From NCBI GenBank assembly GCA_019695345.1, contig JAIBAE010000021.1, positions 1 to 57,335 on the forward strand: a stretch of 57,335 nucleotides of DNA, written 5' to 3'. The notes under the pieces were generated by a model that ran no database searches, had not been told where the DNA came from, and saw only the letters and a program-made list of their open reading frames with translations. This DNA comes from Bacteroidota bacterium. Its GTDB lineage: Bacteria > Bacteroidota > Ignavibacteria > Kapaibacteriales > NICIL-2. The stretch's first letter is position 1. Every line of letters begins with the position of its first letter. Shown one piece after another: positions 56,588 through 57,335 of this stretch. Made by a program: the position numbers and the translations under genes.

Positions 56588-56740
56588 AGCGTAGTTGATT
56601 TCAACCTGCAAACTTGTTTTTTTGGTGGTGATTGAAAAGTGGTTCTCACAGAGTTATTCGCAGAGTTTACAATGCCTGTTTTTTTTCGACGCGAAGCATC
56701 GCGTCGCTACGAAAGGATGAGATTATACGATAAAGAGAGA

Positions 56741-57026
56741 GATTCTTCGCGTTGCCGAGAATGACAAGAGAGATACAACGTGAATTATTGTTGAATATAA
56801 CCGTAGGGGCGAATAGACATTCGCCCATGTATTGATTGGTGAAGATGCACTCCCAACAAAGAGATAGATTCTTCGTGCTGCCAAGAATGACAAATAGAGA
56901 TACAACGTGAATTATTGTTGAATATAACTGTAGGGGCGAATAGACATTCGCCCATGTAATGATTGGTAAAGATGAACTCACAATAAGGCGAAAGATTCTT
57001 CGCATTGCCGAGAATGACAAAAAGAG
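56741..57026. repeat. Tandem array of the composite ~126 bp repeat (2.3 units)
   Basis: Units start at 56741, 56867 and 56994. Each is GATTCTTCG[C/T]…[C/T]GAGAATGACAA + ATACAACGTGAATTATTGTTGAATATAAC + CGTAGGGGCGAATAGACATTCGCCCATG + TAATGATTGGTGAAGATG…. The units are about 90% identical. Confidence 0.75.
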
Positions 57027-57214
57027 ATAATGAAGTATTACGGATATGATGTGAGAATGTAGAACATAACCCCATGCTTTAGCGTGGGGAAATCAAACAT
57101 AACAACATGCTCTCGGACTTTAGTCCTGAGTGGTTGCAGGGCTAAAGCCCATGCCTACGTTAGAGGTTTCTTCTCCGCGCTAAAGCGGCGGAGTTATTGA
57201 AATACGTTGGATTC
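57027..57214. repeat. 190-bp multi-hairpin element, copy 3 (not adjacent to a gene)
   Basis: Identical hairpin set: CCCCATGCTTTAGCGTGGGG, CTCGGACTTTAGTCCTGAG, GCAGGGCTAAAGCCCATGC, CTCCGCGCTAAAGCGGCGGAG. Confidence 0.7.
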
Positions 57215-57240
57215 GTAATTCGTAAACAAAATGCGAAGCA

Positions 57241-57300
57241 GGTGGTGCGGTTCGCACCGGGTTGGCGCGCAGAAGGATTGCTTCGTGAGAGGTGGGAAAC
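57241..57300. repeat. Family B dispersed repeat (forward-type)
   Basis: GGTGGTGCGGTTCGCACCGGGTTGGCGCGCAGAAGGATTGCTTCGTGAGAGGTGGGAAAC. Confidence 0.6.
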
Positions 57301-57335
57301 AACTACTCTCCGGAACTGAGTATAGATAAGATGTA

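Noticed and set aside
56741-57026. Possible CRISPR array (regularly spaced repeats with a hairpin)
   Set aside because: The whole ~126-bp unit is repeated head-to-tail without unique spacers. The period is far longer than CRISPR repeat+spacer units. No cas genes are present, and the same unit occurs dispersed elsewhere. It is better described as a composite tandem repeat.
1-57335. tRNA, rRNA or tmRNA genes
   Set aside because: I scanned intergenic regions of at least 100 bp for T-loop-like GGTTCGAATCC/GTTCGA motifs and cloverleaf-sized GC-rich segments and found none. The structured segments I saw are better explained by the dispersed repeat families. tRNAscan-SE or Infernal would be decisive.

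Overview
57.3 kb window, about 44% GC, from a bacterium of the Bacteroidota/FCB type. Seven secreted proteins carry type IX secretion (T9SS/Por) C-terminal sorting domains, yet most genes have clear Shine-Dalgarno sites (AGGAG). I call about 36 protein-coding genes. Recognisable housekeeping genes are purine nucleoside phosphorylase, a flotillin/SPFH protein, MscL, an MltD-like SLT+LysM transglycosylase, LspA, PolX, an M16 peptidase, a diheme cytochrome c, two MBL-fold hydrolases, an alpha/beta hydrolase and a GNAT acetyltransferase. These sit in an accessory landscape that is unusually rich in repeats. (i) A TIR-bounded MITE family with ends TGCTATCGC...GCGATAGCA occurs in at least eight full or partial copies. 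(ii) A 60-115 bp dispersed repeat with ends CTGCGACGCTGAACG...GCTTCGGC occurs in more than 12 copies, often next to a GATTCTTCGCGTTGCTCAGAATGACA motif. (iii) Composite tandem repeats of about 125 bp carry a GGGCGAATAGACATTCGCCC hairpin. (iv) A 190 bp element of four consecutive stem-loops with UUUA/UAAA loops is present three times. (v) Two large direct segmental duplications (about 2.3 kb each) create mosaic paralog pairs of T9SS cargo genes with identical ends and diverged cores; one pair is bounded by roughly 75 bp inverted repeats and one junction coincides with a dispersed-repeat copy. Putative regulatory signals are a triple direct repeat TATCACTTAC at exactly 21 bp phasing upstream of two secreted-protein genes and a conserved terminator-like palindrome in the duplicated 5' leaders. 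I found no rRNA, tRNA or CRISPR array. The ORF track mislabels one ORF strand: 2796..4268 is on the minus strand.
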